Notes: a model not told the origin generated them from the sequence alone. A DNA stretch of 54,083 nucleotides from a virus (IMGVR_UViG_2534682338_000012:1-54083), one strand, 5' to 3'. Numbered from the stretch's first letter, positions 18,343 through 29,659 are shown. Translations and numbers: made by a program.

Positions 18343-20072
18343 GCCGGAAATCTTACCCCAACGTAAATGCTGCCAATCAGTATGCCCGTGATGTTGTGCG
18401 CGGAAAGATTGTGGCCTGCCAGTTTGTGATTCAGGCCTGCCAGCGCCATCTTGATGACCTGATGGCGGAAAAAAGTAAGTCGTTTCGTTACCGCTTCGAC
18501 AAGGACCTGGCTGAACGGGCCGCCAAATTTATTCAGCTGTTGCCGCACACCAAGGGTGAGTGGGCATTCAAGAGGATGCCCATCACGCTGGAGCCGTGGC
18601 AGCTATTTGTGGTCTGCTGTGCGTTTGGCTGGGTCAATAAAGGGTCCCGGCTGCGCCGCTTCCGGGAGGTGTATACCGAAATCCCCCGTAAGAACGGCAA
18701 ATCGGCAATCTCTGCCGGTGTTGCCCTGTATTGTTTTGCCTGTGATAACGAGTTTGGCGCGGAAGTGTATTCCGGTGCCACGACAGAGAAACAGGCGTGG
18801 GAAGTCTTTCGCCCGGCGCGACTGATGTGTAAACGCACACCCATGCTGACGGAAGCGTTCGGGATTGAGGTTAACGCCTCAAACATGAATCGTCCGGAGG
18901 ATGGCGCGCGGTTTGAACCGCTGATCGGTAACCCCGGTGATGGTTCATCACCCCACTGTGCGGTGGTGGATGAATATCACGAGCACGCCACCGATGCGCT
19001 TTACACCACGATGCTTACCGGGATGGGGGCGCGACGTCAGCCATTGATGTGGGCCATTACTACTGCCGGGTACAACATTGAGGGGCCGTGCTACGACAAG
19101 CGACGGGAAGTTATCGAGATGCTCAACGGGTCGGTACCCAACGATGAACTGTTCGGGATCATCTATACCGTTGACGAAGGCGATGACTGGACCGACCCGC
19201 AGGTGCTGGAAAAAGCTAACCCGAATATTGGCGTGTCGGTTTATCGCGAATTTTTGTTAAGTCAGCAGCAGCGTGCGAAAAATAACGCCCGTCTGGCAAA
19301 CGTCTTTAAAACAAAACACCTCAATATCTGGGTGTCGGCGCGTTCGGCGTATTTCAACCTGGTGAGCTGGCAGAGCTGCGAGGATAAATCACTGACCCTT
19401 GAGCAGTTCGAGGGGCAGCCGTGCATTCTGGCCTTTGACCTGGCCCGTAAGCTGGATATGAACAGCATGGCGCGACTTTATACCCGCGAGATTGACGGTA
19501 AAACGCATTACTACAGTGTGGCCCCGCGTTTCTGGGTACCGTATGACACGGTGTACAGCGTCGAGAAAAATGAAGATCGCCGGACAGCCGAACGCTTTCA
19601 GAAATGGGTGGAAATGGGCGTCCTGACCGTTACCGATGGTGCAGAGGTGGATTATCGCTACATCCTCGAAGAGGCCAAAGCGGCGAACAAAATCAGCCCG
19701 GTCAGCGAGTCACCCATCGACCCCTTCGGGGCGACCGGGCTGTCACATGACCTTGCTGATGAAGACCTGAATCCCATCACCATCATTCAGAACTACACCA
19801 ACATGTCCGACCCGATGAAAGAGCTGGAAGCGGCAATTGAATCGGGGCGCTTTCATCATGATGGCAATCCCATCATGACCTGGTGTATCGGCAACGTGGT
19901 CGGCAAAACCATTCCGGGTAACGATGATGTGGTGAAGCCCGTCAAAGAGCAGGCGGAAAACAAAATCGATGGTGCAGTTGCGCTGATTATGGCGGTTGGC
20001 AGAGCCATGCTGTATGAGAAAGAAGACACGCTGTCCGACCACATTGAGTCCTACGGGATCCGCTCGCTTTAA
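18339..20072 (+). CDS. terminase large subunit
   Basis: 577 aa; ATPase N-terminal region and nuclease C-terminal region (acidic DxxD/DEYHE motifs), canonical position. Confidence 0.9.
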   Translation: MSRKSYPNVNAANQYARDVVRGKIVACQFVIQACQRHLDDLMAEKSKSFRYRFDKDLAERAAKFIQLLPHTKGEWAFKRMPITLEPWQLFVVCCAFGWVNKGSRLRRFREVYTEIPRKNGKSAISAGVALYCFACDNEFGAEVYSGATTEKQAWEVFRPARLMCKRTPMLTEAFGIEVNASNMNRPEDGARFEPLIGNPGDGSSPHCAVVDEYHEHATDALYTTMLTGMGARRQPLMWAITTAGYNIEGPCYDKRREVIEMLNGSVPNDELFGIIYTVDEGDDWTDPQVLEKANPNIGVSVYREFLLSQQQRAKNNARLANVFKTKHLNIWVSARSAYFNLVSWQSCEDKSLTLEQFEGQPCILAFDLARKLDMNSMARLYTREIDGKTHYYSVAPRFWVPYDTVYSVEKNEDRRTAERFQKWVEMGVLTVTDGAEVDYRYILEEAKAANKISPVSESPIDPFGATGLSHDLADEDLNPITIIQNYTNMSDPMKELEAAIESGRFHHDGNPIMTWCIGNVVGKTIPGNDDVVKPVKEQAENKIDGAVALIMAVGRAMLYEKEDTLSDHIESYGIRSL

Positions 20073-20083
20073 CTGAGGTAATT

Positions 20084-20266
20084 ATGATCATGCTGATTCT
20101 CGCGCCTCTGGTGGGCGTGCTGGGGGTGCTTTTGCTGGCGTATGGTGCCTGGCTGATTTATCCCCCGGCGGGGTTTGTTGTTGCCGGGGCGTTGTGCCTG
20201 TTCTGGTCGTGGCTGGTGGCGCGATATCTCGACCGTACACAGTCGTCTGTCGGCGGAGGTAAATAG
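20084..20266 (+). CDS. small membrane protein
   Basis: 60-aa ORF, two hydrophobic helices, fills gap between terminase and portal. Confidence 0.4.
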   Translation: MIMLILAPLVGVLGVLLLAYGAWLIYPPAGFVVAGALCLFWSWLVARYLDRTQSSVGGGK

Positions 20267-21507
20267 TGTTCTTTTCGGGATTATTTCAACGAAAAAGTGA
20301 CGCACCGGTGACCACGCCAGCAGAGCTGGCGGATGCTATCGGGTTGTCCTACGACACCTATACCGGAAAGCAGATCAGCAGCCAGCGGGCCATGCGACTG
20401 ACGGCGGTTTTTTCCTGTGTCAGGGTGCTGGCGGAGTCGGTCGGGATGTTGCCCTGCAACCTGTATCACCTGAACGGCAGCCTGAAGCAGAGAGCCACTG
20501 GCGAACGTCTGCATAAGCTGATCTCCACGCATCCCAATGGCTATATGACGCCGCAGGAGTTCTGGGAGCTGGTGGTCACCTGTCTGTGCCTGCGGGGAAA
20601 CTTTTACGCCTACAAAGTGAAAGCATTTGGCGAAGTGGCTGAACTGCTGCCCGTCGATCCCGGCTGTGTGGTACCGAAGCTTAACAGTAGCTGGGAGCCG
20701 GTCTATCAGGTCACATTCCCGGATGGCTCCACGGATGTACTGAGCCAGGAAGATATCTGGCATGTGCGCACGCTGACGCTGGACGGACTGGTGGGGCTGA
20801 ATCCCATCGCCTATGCCCGCGAGGCAATATCGCTGGCGGCAGCGACCGAAGAGCACGGGGCCAGACTGTTCAGCAATGGCGCGGTGACGTCGGGTGTGTT
20901 GCGTACAGAGCAGACGCTGTCAGATCAGGCTTATGAGCGCCTGAAGAAAGATTTTGAGGAGCGTCACACCGGGCTTGGCAATGCTCACCGCCCGATGATC
21001 CTTGAGATGGGGCTGGACTGGAAGTCGATGGCGCTGAACGCCGAGGACAGCCAGTTCCTGGAAACCCGCAAGTTTCAGCTTGAAGAAATCTGTCGTCTGT
21101 TCCGGGTGCCATTGCACATGGTGCAGAACACCGATCGCGCCACCTTCAACAATATCGAAGAGCTGGGGCTGGGATTTATCAACTATTCACTGGTGCCGTA
21201 TCTGACCCGCATTGAGCAGCGGATCAACACCGGACTGGTACGAAAAAGTAAGCAGGGCGTTTATTACGCCAAATTTAACGCCGGGGCCTTACTGCGCGGG
21301 GATATGAAGTCCCGTTTTGAAGCCTACGCTACCGGGATCAATTGGGGAATTTACTCTCCCAATGACTGCCGCGACCTGGAAGATATGAATCCGCGTCCCG
21401 GTGGTGATGTCTATCTCACACCGATGAACATGACCACGAAACCCTCCGATGGCAGTAAAGCCGGTAAGCAGAAGGATAACGCCAATGCAGACGAAACAAC
21501 GTCTTGA
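20266..21507 (+). CDS. portal protein (HK97 family)
   Basis: 413 aa, position and sequence character typical of HK97-type portals. Confidence 0.85.
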   Translation: MFFSGLFQRKSDAPVTTPAELADAIGLSYDTYTGKQISSQRAMRLTAVFSCVRVLAESVGMLPCNLYHLNGSLKQRATGERLHKLISTHPNGYMTPQEFWELVVTCLCLRGNFYAYKVKAFGEVAELLPVDPGCVVPKLNSSWEPVYQVTFPDGSTDVLSQEDIWHVRTLTLDGLVGLNPIAYAREAISLAAATEEHGARLFSNGAVTSGVLRTEQTLSDQAYERLKKDFEERHTGLGNAHRPMILEMGLDWKSMALNAEDSQFLETRKFQLEEICRLFRVPLHMVQNTDRATFNNIEELGLGFINYSLVPYLTRIEQRINTGLVRKSKQGVYYAKFNAGALLRGDMKSRFEAYATGINWGIYSPNDCRDLEDMNPRPGGDVYLTPMNMTTKPSDGSKAGKQKDNANADETTS

Positions 21508-22135
21508 TGTACCGCTGAGTCTGAAATCTGTCAGTGACTCCGGTGAGTTTGAAGGGTATGGCTCCGTCTTTGGTGTAAAGGACAGCCACGATGATGTGGT
21601 GATGTCAGGGGCATTTGCCGCTTCCCTGCGGGCGTGGAGTGACAGAAAAGCGTTACCTGCGCTGCTCTGGCAGCACCGCATGGATGAACCCATCGGTGTT
21701 TACACCGAAATGAAGGAAGACGATGTCGGGCTTTACGTCAGGGGACGGTTGCTTATTGATGATGATCCCCTCGCAAAACGCGCACATGCACACATGAAGG
21801 CCGGTTCGTTAACCGGCCTTTCTATTGGGTACGTCCTGAAAGACTGGGAATACGACCGGACGAAAGAAGCCTTTCTGCTGAAAGAAATCGACCTCTGGGA
21901 AGTCAGTCTGGTGACGTTCCCGTCTAACGACGAGGCGCGGATCAGCGACGTCAAGAACGCGCTGGCCCGCGGGGAAATCCCCGAACAGAAAAAAATCGAA
22001 AGAGTCCTGCGTGATGTCGGACTCTCCCGTACCCAGGCCAAAGCATTCATGGCCGGGGGCTATGGCGCACTGTCCCTGCGCGACGCTGAGGATGTGAGCT
22101 CTGCACTGAATGCACTGAAAAATCTGAACTTCTAA
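21485..22135 (+). CDS. prohead protease (HK97 family)
   Basis: Between portal and capsid; start at MQTKQRL, overlapping portal 3' end. Confidence 0.75.
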   Translation: MQTKQRLDVPLSLKSVSDSGEFEGYGSVFGVKDSHDDVVMSGAFAASLRAWSDRKALPALLWQHRMDEPIGVYTEMKEDDVGLYVRGRLLIDDDPLAKRAHAHMKAGSLTGLSIGYVLKDWEYDRTKEAFLLKEIDLWEVSLVTFPSNDEARISDVKNALARGEIPEQKKIERVLRDVGLSRTQAKAFMAGGYGALSLRDAEDVSSALNALKNLNF

Positions 22136-22149
22136 TCAGGAGAAATACG

Positions 22150-23355
22150 ATGGCGGTAGATATTAAAGATGTCGAACAGGTCGCGCAGGAGCTGCAGCAG
22201 AAGTTTGACGACTTCAAAGCAAAGAACGACAAGCGCGTGGATGCGATTGAGCAGGAAAAAGGCAAGCTTGCCGGGCAGGTGGAAACCCTGAACGGGAAAC
22301 TCAGCGAGCTGGAAAACCTCAAAAGCGATCTTGAAAAAGAGCTGCTTGAGCTGAAACGTCCGGCAGGTGGTGCGCAAAATAAACTGGCCACCGAGCATAA
22401 AGAAGCGTTTGTGGGCTTCCTGCGTAAAGGCCGTGAAGATGGTCTGCGCGATCTGGAGCGCAAGGCATTACAGGTGGGCACCGATGAAGACGGCGGCTAT
22501 GCCGTGCCGGAAGCACTGGATCGCAACATTCTCACCCTGCTGAAAGATGAAGTGGTGATGCGCCAGGAAGCCACGGTGATCACCGTTGGTGGTTCCGACT
22601 ACAAAAAACTGGTGAATCTGGGCGGCACGGCTTCCGGATGGGTTGGCGAGACTGACGCGCGCTCCCAGACTGCCACCTCAAAACTGGGCCTGATTGAACC
22701 TTTCATGGGGGAAATCTACGGTAACCCGCAGGCCACCCAGAAAATGCTGGATGATGCCTTTTTCAACGTGGAAGCATGGATCAACAGCGAGCTGGCAACC
22801 GAATTTGCCGAACAGGAAGAAATTGCCTTTACCACCGGCGATGGTACCAAGAAGCCGAAAGGGTTCCTGGCGTATGAATCCACGGATGAAACCGATAAGG
22901 TCCGGGCGTTCGGCAAACTTCAGCATATTGTATCCGGCGACGCGACGGCGGTGACCGCAGACGCCATTATCAAACTGATTTACACGCTGCGTAAGGCACA
23001 CCGCACCGGCGCGAAGTTCATGATGAACAACAATAGCCTGTTTGCCATCCGTCTGCTGAAAGACAGCGAGGGTAACTATCTGTGGCGTCCGGGGCTGGAG
23101 CTGGGGCAGCCGTCCTCTCTGGCGGGTTACGGTATCGCTGAAAACGAACAGATGCCGGATATCGCCGCTGATGCGAAAGCCATTGCATTTGGTAACTTCA
23201 AACGGGGTTACACCATCGTTGACCGTATCGGCACCCGCATTCTGCGTGACCCGTACACCAATAAACCGTTTGTCGGTTTTTATACCACCAAACGCACCGG
23301 CGGCATGCTGGTCGATTCGCAGGCCATCAAACTGCTGAAGATTGCAGTGGCGTAA
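22150..23355 (+). CDS. major capsid protein (HK97 fold) with N-terminal coiled-coil delta domain
   Basis: 401 aa; coiled-coil first ~100 aa then conserved HK97-type capsid region. Confidence 0.9.
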   Translation: MAVDIKDVEQVAQELQQKFDDFKAKNDKRVDAIEQEKGKLAGQVETLNGKLSELENLKSDLEKELLELKRPAGGAQNKLATEHKEAFVGFLRKGREDGLRDLERKALQVGTDEDGGYAVPEALDRNILTLLKDEVVMRQEATVITVGGSDYKKLVNLGGTASGWVGETDARSQTATSKLGLIEPFMGEIYGNPQATQKMLDDAFFNVEAWINSELATEFAEQEEIAFTTGDGTKKPKGFLAYESTDETDKVRAFGKLQHIVSGDATAVTADAIIKLIYTLRKAHRTGAKFMMNNNSLFAIRLLKDSEGNYLWRPGLELGQPSSLAGYGIAENEQMPDIAADAKAIAFGNFKRGYTIVDRIGTRILRDPYTNKPFVGFYTTKRTGGMLVDSQAIKLLKIAVA

Positions 23356-23403
23356 TCACTCAGGGGCGCGGAACCGCGCCCCTGTTCTGACGGGTGAAGA
23401 ATC

Positions 23404-23604
23404 ATGATCCTGAAACAAGATCTGAAATGGTCACCGGACGGTATGCGTGTTGAGGTCATTCGGGCCGGTGAGTATGACGACGGGGCGCTTCCTGCCCGGG
23501 TGCAGGAGATTGCACTTCAGGCCGGGTTAGCAGAGCGCGGAACCAGTGCAAAAAGCAGTAAAGCGACAAAAGAGAAAAAAGCCACGACCAGTAAAGAGGG
23601 CTGA
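23404..23604 (+). CDS. small hypothetical head-module protein
   Basis: 66-aa ORF between capsid and connector genes. Confidence 0.4.
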   Translation: MILKQDLKWSPDGMRVEVIRAGEYDDGALPARVQEIALQAGLAERGTSAKSSKATKEKKATTSKEG

Positions 23605-23606
23605 GT

Positions 23607-23930
23607 ATGCTTCTGACAATGGAAGAGATTAAAGCCCAACTCCGGCTGGATGAGGATTTCGATGCTGATGACCGCCATCTGCAACTGCTGGCCTGTGCGG
23701 CACAAAAGCGGACGGAAACGTATCTGAACCGGAAGCTCTATGCACCGGATGAAACCATTCCGGACAGCGATCCGGACGGGCTGCACCTGCCGGATGATAT
23801 TCGTCTGGGGATGCTGATGCTTATCAGCCATTTTTACGAAAACCGCTCGTCGGTTACGGAAGTGGAGAAACTCGACATGCCGCAGAGTTTTGGCTGGCTT
23901 GTCGGCCCGTACAGGTACTTTCCGCAATGA
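23607..23930 (+). CDS. head-tail connector protein (gp6-like)
   Basis: 107 aa, position and size. Confidence 0.65.
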   Translation: MLLTMEEIKAQLRLDEDFDADDRHLQLLACAAQKRTETYLNRKLYAPDETIPDSDPDGLHLPDDIRLGMLMLISHFYENRSSVTEVEKLDMPQSFGWLVGPYRYFPQ

Positions 23931-24337
23931 AAATTCGTCAGGCGCAGACCAGCGCAACCTACATTCTGCCGGACCCCGGTGAACTGAATAAACGCGTCCT
24001 GATCCGCCAGCGGGTGGATATGCCCGCGGATAACTTTGGCGTGGAGCCTCAATACCCGGTTACGTTCCGGACATGGGCGAAGGTTATCCAGACCAGTGCC
24101 ACCACCTGGCAGGAAACCGCGCAGACCGGGGACGCCATCACCCATTACATCACCATTCGTTACCGCCGGGGGATCACTGCTGATTATGAGGTGGTCTGTG
24201 ATGACAGTGTGTACCGGGTGAAACGTCAGCGTGATCTGAACGGGGCGCGGCGCTTTCTGCTGCTGGAGTGTACGGAGCTGGGCGAATGTAGGCAGAGTCA
24301 CGGAGGCAGCAATGGCGACTCCCTTTTTTCACGTTGA
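23927..24337 (+). CDS. head closure / head-tail adaptor protein
   Basis: 136 aa, overlapping stop-start, canonical position. Confidence 0.55.
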   Translation: MKIRQAQTSATYILPDPGELNKRVLIRQRVDMPADNFGVEPQYPVTFRTWAKVIQTSATTWQETAQTGDAITHYITIRYRRGITADYEVVCDDSVYRVKRQRDLNGARRFLLLECTELGECRQSHGGSNGDSLFSR

Positions 24338-24818
24338 TGTTCAGCAGCCCGCCGAGATGCGCTTTAACCGCGCCCGTGTCCGGCGGGCGTTTGTCACGAT
24401 TGGGCAGCGTCATATGCGTGATGCCCGTCGGCTGGTGATGCGCCGTGCGCGGTCGGCACCGGGTGAAAACCCCGGTTATCAGACCGGACGCCTGGCTCGT
24501 TCGATTGGTTATATGGTGCCGAGAGCCAGTAAAAAGCGAGCCGGTTTTATGACACGCATTGCCCCTAACCAGCGCAACGGGAAGGGGAACCGGATGATCT
24601 CTGGTGACTTCTATCCGGCGTTTCTGTTTTTTGGTGTCCGGGGAGGAGCAAAACGTCGTCGTAGTCATCATCGTGGTGCATCCGGTGGCAGCGGCTGGCG
24701 ACTGGCTCCACGTAATAACTTCATGGTGGAAACGCTTGAAAAGAACCGCAGCTGGACACGCTATTTTCTGGCGCGGGAATTGCGTAAATCACTGAAGCCG
24801 GAGCGACGACACAGATGA
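24312..24818 (+). CDS. tail-neck component (HK97 gp10-like)
   Basis: 168 aa basic protein in head-tail joining cluster. Confidence 0.5.
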   Translation: MATPFFHVDVQQPAEMRFNRARVRRAFVTIGQRHMRDARRLVMRRARSAPGENPGYQTGRLARSIGYMVPRASKKRAGFMTRIAPNQRNGKGNRMISGDFYPAFLFFGVRGGAKRRRSHHRGASGGSGWRLAPRNNFMVETLEKNRSWTRYFLARELRKSLKPERRHR

Positions 24819-25375
24819 AACTGACTCCTGTTATTGCTGCACTGCGTGCCCGTTGTCCGTATTTTGAAAACCGGGTTGCAGGCGCGGCCCAGTTCAAAAA
24901 TCTGCCGGAGGTCGGAAAGCTGAAACTCCCGGCGGCATATGTTGTACCGGGTGATGATTCTCCGGGAGAAAACAAAAGCCAGACCGACTACTGGCAGGAG
25001 CTGAAAGAGGGTTTCTCCGTGGTTGTCATACTGAGTAACGGGCGTGATGAGCGCGGTCAGTTTGCCTCGTATGATGTGGTGGACGATGTCCGGCAGATGC
25101 TCTTTAAGGCTCTGCTGGGCTGGAACCCGGAGGCGTGCGGTAACCCGATTACCTATGACGGCGGCACGCTGCTGGATCTGAATCGTCATGAGCTGATTTA
25201 TCAGTTCGATTTTTCGGTCATCAGCGAGCTGACTGAAGACGATACCCGCCAGCAGGATGATCTGAACAGTCTGGATGAACTGCAAACGCTGGCGATTGAT
25301 GTTGATTATCTCGAGCCCGGTAACGGGCCTGACGGCGATATCGAACATCACACCGAAATAACCCTTCCTTCCTGA
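24815..25375 (+). CDS. virion structural protein (tail terminator-like)
   Basis: 186 aa, immediately upstream of sheath gene. Confidence 0.5.
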   Translation: MKLTPVIAALRARCPYFENRVAGAAQFKNLPEVGKLKLPAAYVVPGDDSPGENKSQTDYWQELKEGFSVVVILSNGRDERGQFASYDVVDDVRQMLFKALLGWNPEACGNPITYDGGTLLDLNRHELIYQFDFSVISELTEDDTRQQDDLNSLDELQTLAIDVDYLEPGNGPDGDIEHHTEITLPS

Positions 25376-25537
25376 GGATCCTCATGTTTGTCAAACCTGT
25401 TAAAGGGCGGTCAGTGCCTGACCCTGCCCGCGGCGACCTTTTGCCCGCCGAAGGGCGAAATGTTGACGAGAACAACTACTGGCTGCGCCGTGAAGCAGCG
25501 GGTGATATCCGGCGCGTGAATAAAAAGGTGAACACCG

Positions 25538-27034
25538 ATGACGATAAGCTTTAACACCATTCCGTCGAATACGCTGGTTCCGTTGTTTTATGCGGAAATG
25601 GATAACCAGGCGGCGAATACTGCACAGGACAGCGGAGCATCGCTGCTGATTGGTCATGCCAATAACGGTGCAGAGATTGTTGCCAACAGTCTGGTACTGA
25701 TGTCGTCGGCAGACTATGCACGCCAGATTTGTGGTGCGGGAAGTCAGCTGGCGCGTATGGTCGAGGCTTATCGCCAGACTGACCCGTTTGGCGAGCTGTA
25801 TGTGATTGCCGTTCCTGAATCCACAGGTGCGGCGGCAACAGTTACGCTGACGGTGACCGGGGCGGCAACCGAAACCGGCACGGTGAATGTGTATGTAGGA
25901 CGTACCCGCGTGCAGGCACCGGTGACTAACGGCGATAACGTCACGATGATTGCCAGCAGTATCCAGGATGCCATCAATGCCGTTCCGACCCTGCCGTTTA
26001 CGGCTTCATCTTCGGCAGGCGTGGTCACACTGACCGCGCGTCATAAGGGGCTTTGTGGGAATGAAATTCCTGTCAGCCTCAATTACTACGGCTTTGGTGG
26101 GGGCGAAGTGCTGCCAGCGGGCGTACAGATTGCCGTGGCGACGGGTACCGCCGGAACGGGTGCTCCGGTTCTCACCGGCGCGGTGGCTGCAATGGCGGAT
26201 GAGCCGTTTGATTATATCGGCCTGCCGTTCAACGACACGGCCTCCGTTAACACGCTGGTGACCGAGATGAACGATACCAGCGGTCGCTGGAGCTATGCGC
26301 GTCAGCTGTATGGTCATGTGTATACGGCAAAGATCGGCACGCTGTCAGAACTGGTGACCGCAGGTGACCAGTTTAACCAGCAGCACATTACCCTGGCGGG
26401 GTACGAAAAAGAGACCCAGACGCCTGCCGACGAGCTGGCGGCAAGCCGTACCGCCCGCGCAGCGGTGTTTATCCGCAACGATCCGGCACGTCCCACGCAG
26501 ACCGGTGAGCTGGTGGGTATGCTGCCTGCGCCGAAGGGGAAACGGTTCACGATGACCGAACAACAGACCCTGCTGTCTCATGGCGTGGCAACGGCGTATG
26601 TCGAAAGCGGGGTACTACGCATTCAGCGTGATGTCACCACGTACAGGAAAAACGCTTACGGGGTTGCGGATAACAGTTACCTCGACAGTGAGACGCTGCA
26701 TACCAGCGCGTATGTACTGCGCAAACTGAAATCCGTCATTACCAGTAAGTACGGGCGTCACAAGCTTGCCAGTGACGGTACCCGCTTTGGTCCCGGTCAG
26801 GCGATTGTCACCCCGGCGGTGATCAAAGGGGAACTGCTGGCAACCTACCGTCAGCTTGAGCGTGCGGGGATCGTGGAAAACTACGAACTGTTTAAGCAGT
26901 ACCTGGTTGTGGAGCGTGATGCCAGCGATCCGAACCGCCTGAACACGCTGTTCCCGCCTGACTATGTTAACCAGCTGCGTGTCTTTGCCGTGGTTAATCA
27001 GTTCCGTCTTCAGTATTCAGAGGAGTCTGCATAA
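25538..27034 (+). CDS. contractile tail sheath protein
   Basis: 498 aa, followed directly by tube gene; Mu/P2-type organisation. Confidence 0.8.
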   Translation: MTISFNTIPSNTLVPLFYAEMDNQAANTAQDSGASLLIGHANNGAEIVANSLVLMSSADYARQICGAGSQLARMVEAYRQTDPFGELYVIAVPESTGAAATVTLTVTGAATETGTVNVYVGRTRVQAPVTNGDNVTMIASSIQDAINAVPTLPFTASSSAGVVTLTARHKGLCGNEIPVSLNYYGFGGGEVLPAGVQIAVATGTAGTGAPVLTGAVAAMADEPFDYIGLPFNDTASVNTLVTEMNDTSGRWSYARQLYGHVYTAKIGTLSELVTAGDQFNQQHITLAGYEKETQTPADELAASRTARAAVFIRNDPARPTQTGELVGMLPAPKGKRFTMTEQQTLLSHGVATAYVESGVLRIQRDVTTYRKNAYGVADNSYLDSETLHTSAYVLRKLKSVITSKYGRHKLASDGTRFGPGQAIVTPAVIKGELLATYRQLERAGIVENYELFKQYLVVERDASDPNRLNTLFPPDYVNQLRVFAVVNQFRLQYSEESA

Positions 27035-27390
27035 TGGCCCGTATCGGGGGAACCTGTTATTTCAAAATTGACGGTCAGCAGCTATCGCTGACCGGCGGCA
27101 TTGAGGTGCCCATGAACAAAACGGTTAACGATGACATCATCGGCCTGGACGGTTCAGTGGACCGCAAGGAAACTCACCGTGCGCCTTATGTCAAAGGGAC
27201 CTTCAAGGTGCCGAAGAATTTTCCGGTAAGCAAAATCACCTCGTCTGATGAGATGACCATCACTGCCGAGCTGGCGAACGGTCAGGTCTATGTACTGTCG
27301 TCTGCCTGGCTGCACGGCGAAGCGAACCATAATGCCGAAGAAGGCACGGTTGATCTTGAGTTCCACGGTGAAGAAGGGGATTACCAGTAA
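27034..27390 (+). CDS. tail tube protein
   Basis: 118 aa immediately after sheath. Confidence 0.75.
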   Translation: MARIGGTCYFKIDGQQLSLTGGIEVPMNKTVNDDIIGLDGSVDRKETHRAPYVKGTFKVPKNFPVSKITSSDEMTITAELANGQVYVLSSAWLHGEANHNAEEGTVDLEFHGEEGDYQ

Positions 27391-27659
27391 TGAAAGAGCT
27401 TGAGTTAAAGAAACCGATTACTGCTCATGGCGAGACACTCTCCGTACTGGAGTTTGATGAACCCACCGGGAAGGATGTCCGCGAGCTGGGGTATCCCTAC
27501 CAGATGAATCAGGATGAGTCAGTCAGACTTCTGGCGCATGTGGTGTCGAAATACATTGTGCGGCTGGCGAAAGTGCCGCAAAGCTCTGTCGACCAGATGT
27601 CTCCGGCAGACCTGAATGCAGCGGCGTGGCTTGTGGCTGGTTTTTTCCTCCAGGCCTGA
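27390..27659 (+). CDS. tail assembly chaperone
   Basis: 89 aa between tube and tape measure; ends just after slippery heptamer. Confidence 0.6.
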   Translation: MKELELKKPITAHGETLSVLEFDEPTGKDVRELGYPYQMNQDESVRLLAHVVSKYIVRLAKVPQSSVDQMSPADLNAAAWLVAGFFLQA

Positions 27660-27814
27660 CGGCTGAATACCTCACTGATCGCTTCTTTGACTGCGCCAGC
27701 TACTGGCGCATTAATCCTTTCGAATTGCTGAATATGCCGATCAGTGAAATTCCCTTGCTGGTCAGTCAGGCAAACAGGATAGAGCAGGAGAAACGCACAC
27801 ATGGCGGAATTTGA
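27626..27814 (+). CDS. tail assembly chaperone -1 frameshift extension
   Basis: -1 frame ORF overlapping chaperone 3' end; T TTT TTC slippery heptamer at ~27641-27647. Confidence 0.4.
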   Translation: MACGWFFPPGLTAEYLTDRFFDCASYWRINPFELLNMPISEIPLLVSQANRIEQEKRTHGGI

Positions 27815-29636
27815 GCTTAAGGCGTTGATCACCGGTGTCGACAGGCTTTCTCCCGCGCTGTCGAAAATGCAAAAGAAAATCCGGGGATTTAAACGCCAGG
27901 CGGAAGAAGCGTCACAGGGTGGGCTGGCGCTTGGTGGCGGACTGGCAGCGGGTCTGACGCTTTCCCTGAAATCTTATGCCGATCAGGAAAACGCCGCCAC
28001 CGGGCTGAAAGTCGCCATGATGGATGCGAACGGCGAGGTCGGAAAGAGCTTTCAGGACATCAATAAACTGGCTATTGGCCTGGGTAACCAGCTACCCGGT
28101 ACAACGGCTGATTTCCAGAACATGATGCAGATGCTGGTGCGTCAGGGGATCCCGGCAGAAAACATTCTTGGCGGTGTGGGTAAAGCGACAGCTTATCTTG
28201 CGGTACAACTGAAAAAAACACCGGAAGCGGCTGCTGAGTTTGCTGCAAAGATGCAGGATGCTACCGGAACGGCGTCAGAAGACATGATGGGGCTGTTCGA
28301 CACTATCCAGAAGGCGTTTTATCTGGGTGTTGACGATACCAACATGTTGTCCTTCTTCACTAAAACCAGCTCTGTTCTGAAGATGGTGAACAAGGACGGT
28401 CTTCAGGCTGCACAGAGCCTTGCCCCCATCAGCGTCATGATGGATCAGATGGGGATGAACGGGGAGTCGGCAGGTAACGCCCTGCGAAAAGTTATCCAGT
28501 CCGGATTAAGCGTTAAGAAAATCAGGGACGTCAATAAAATCATGGCCCGCCAGAAACTCGGGGTACAGCTCGATTTTACTGACGGCAAAGGAAGTTTTGG
28601 CGGTCTTGATAACATGTTCAGGCAACTGGCAAAGCTGCGAAAACTGACCGATGTTAAGCGAACAGGTGTACTTAAGGCAATATTTGGTGATGATGCCGAA
28701 ACCCTTCAGGTGGTCAATGCACTAATCGATAAAGGAAAGGATGGCTACGATCAGATCCAGCAGAAGATGAATAAACAGGCCAGCCTGAATAAACGTGTTC
28801 AGGCCCAGCTTGGTACGCTGTCCAACCTGTGGGAGGCAATGACGGGGACCGCAACTAACGGCCTTGCGGCTATTGGCGGCGCATTTTCTGGTGACGCCAA
28901 AAATATCACGCAATGGCTGGGGGAGTTAGGGGAAAAATTCACGAAGTTTGCGGATGAAAATCCCCGGGTTATTCGCGGCGTCGTCGGGCTTGCTGCCGGT
29001 CTTGCGATTCTGAAACTGGGATTGATGGGCGTTGGCGGTGCCATCAGTATTGTCAGCAGGATCATGTCGATGACGCCGATTGGAATGATTGCGACGGCGA
29101 TAGCCCTGGCTGCGGGATTAATTATCACTAACTGGGATGTTGTCGGACCTTATTTCAAGAAGCTCTGGGAAACCATTGGTCCTTATTTTGAGGCTGGCTG
29201 GGAACTTCTGAAGAAGGTTTTTGCCTGGTCGCCGCTGGGGATGGTAATCAATAACTGGGGACCGGTTGTTAAGTGGTTTCAGGATATGTGGGACAAACTG
29301 AAGCCAATTATTGAGTGGTTTACCGACAGTTCCGGTGACACGGTCGATGCCATTAACTCTGCGCAGTGGGGCGCGGGTGCTTATGATGCTTATGGGACGG
29401 GAATACCGGCACGGGGATACACACCTTATCAGGCGGTAGATCCGGCTCAGTCAAACAACGCCTCCGGTGCCACAGGCCCGAATCCCTTCATGATTAACAA
29501 AGCTTCTGCGCCAAAAGTTGATGGTGAGATCAAGGTCTCTTTTGTGAATTCGCCTCCGGGTATGCGGGTTATGGAAACGCGATCCAGCGGTTTTGATGTC
29601 AGCCATGATGTTGGCTATACGCGCTTTGGCAGGTAA
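27801..29636 (+). CDS. tail tape measure protein
   Basis: 611 aa, Gly/Ala-rich hydrophobic central region, canonical position. Confidence 0.85.
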   Translation: MAEFELKALITGVDRLSPALSKMQKKIRGFKRQAEEASQGGLALGGGLAAGLTLSLKSYADQENAATGLKVAMMDANGEVGKSFQDINKLAIGLGNQLPGTTADFQNMMQMLVRQGIPAENILGGVGKATAYLAVQLKKTPEAAAEFAAKMQDATGTASEDMMGLFDTIQKAFYLGVDDTNMLSFFTKTSSVLKMVNKDGLQAAQSLAPISVMMDQMGMNGESAGNALRKVIQSGLSVKKIRDVNKIMARQKLGVQLDFTDGKGSFGGLDNMFRQLAKLRKLTDVKRTGVLKAIFGDDAETLQVVNALIDKGKDGYDQIQQKMNKQASLNKRVQAQLGTLSNLWEAMTGTATNGLAAIGGAFSGDAKNITQWLGELGEKFTKFADENPRVIRGVVGLAAGLAILKLGLMGVGGAISIVSRIMSMTPIGMIATAIALAAGLIITNWDVVGPYFKKLWETIGPYFEAGWELLKKVFAWSPLGMVINNWGPVVKWFQDMWDKLKPIIEWFTDSSGDTVDAINSAQWGAGAYDAYGTGIPARGYTPYQAVDPAQSNNASGATGPNPFMINKASAPKVDGEIKVSFVNSPPGMRVMETRSSGFDVSHDVGYTRFGR

Positions 29637-29659
29637 TGAAAAATTAATCTGTTAATGAG

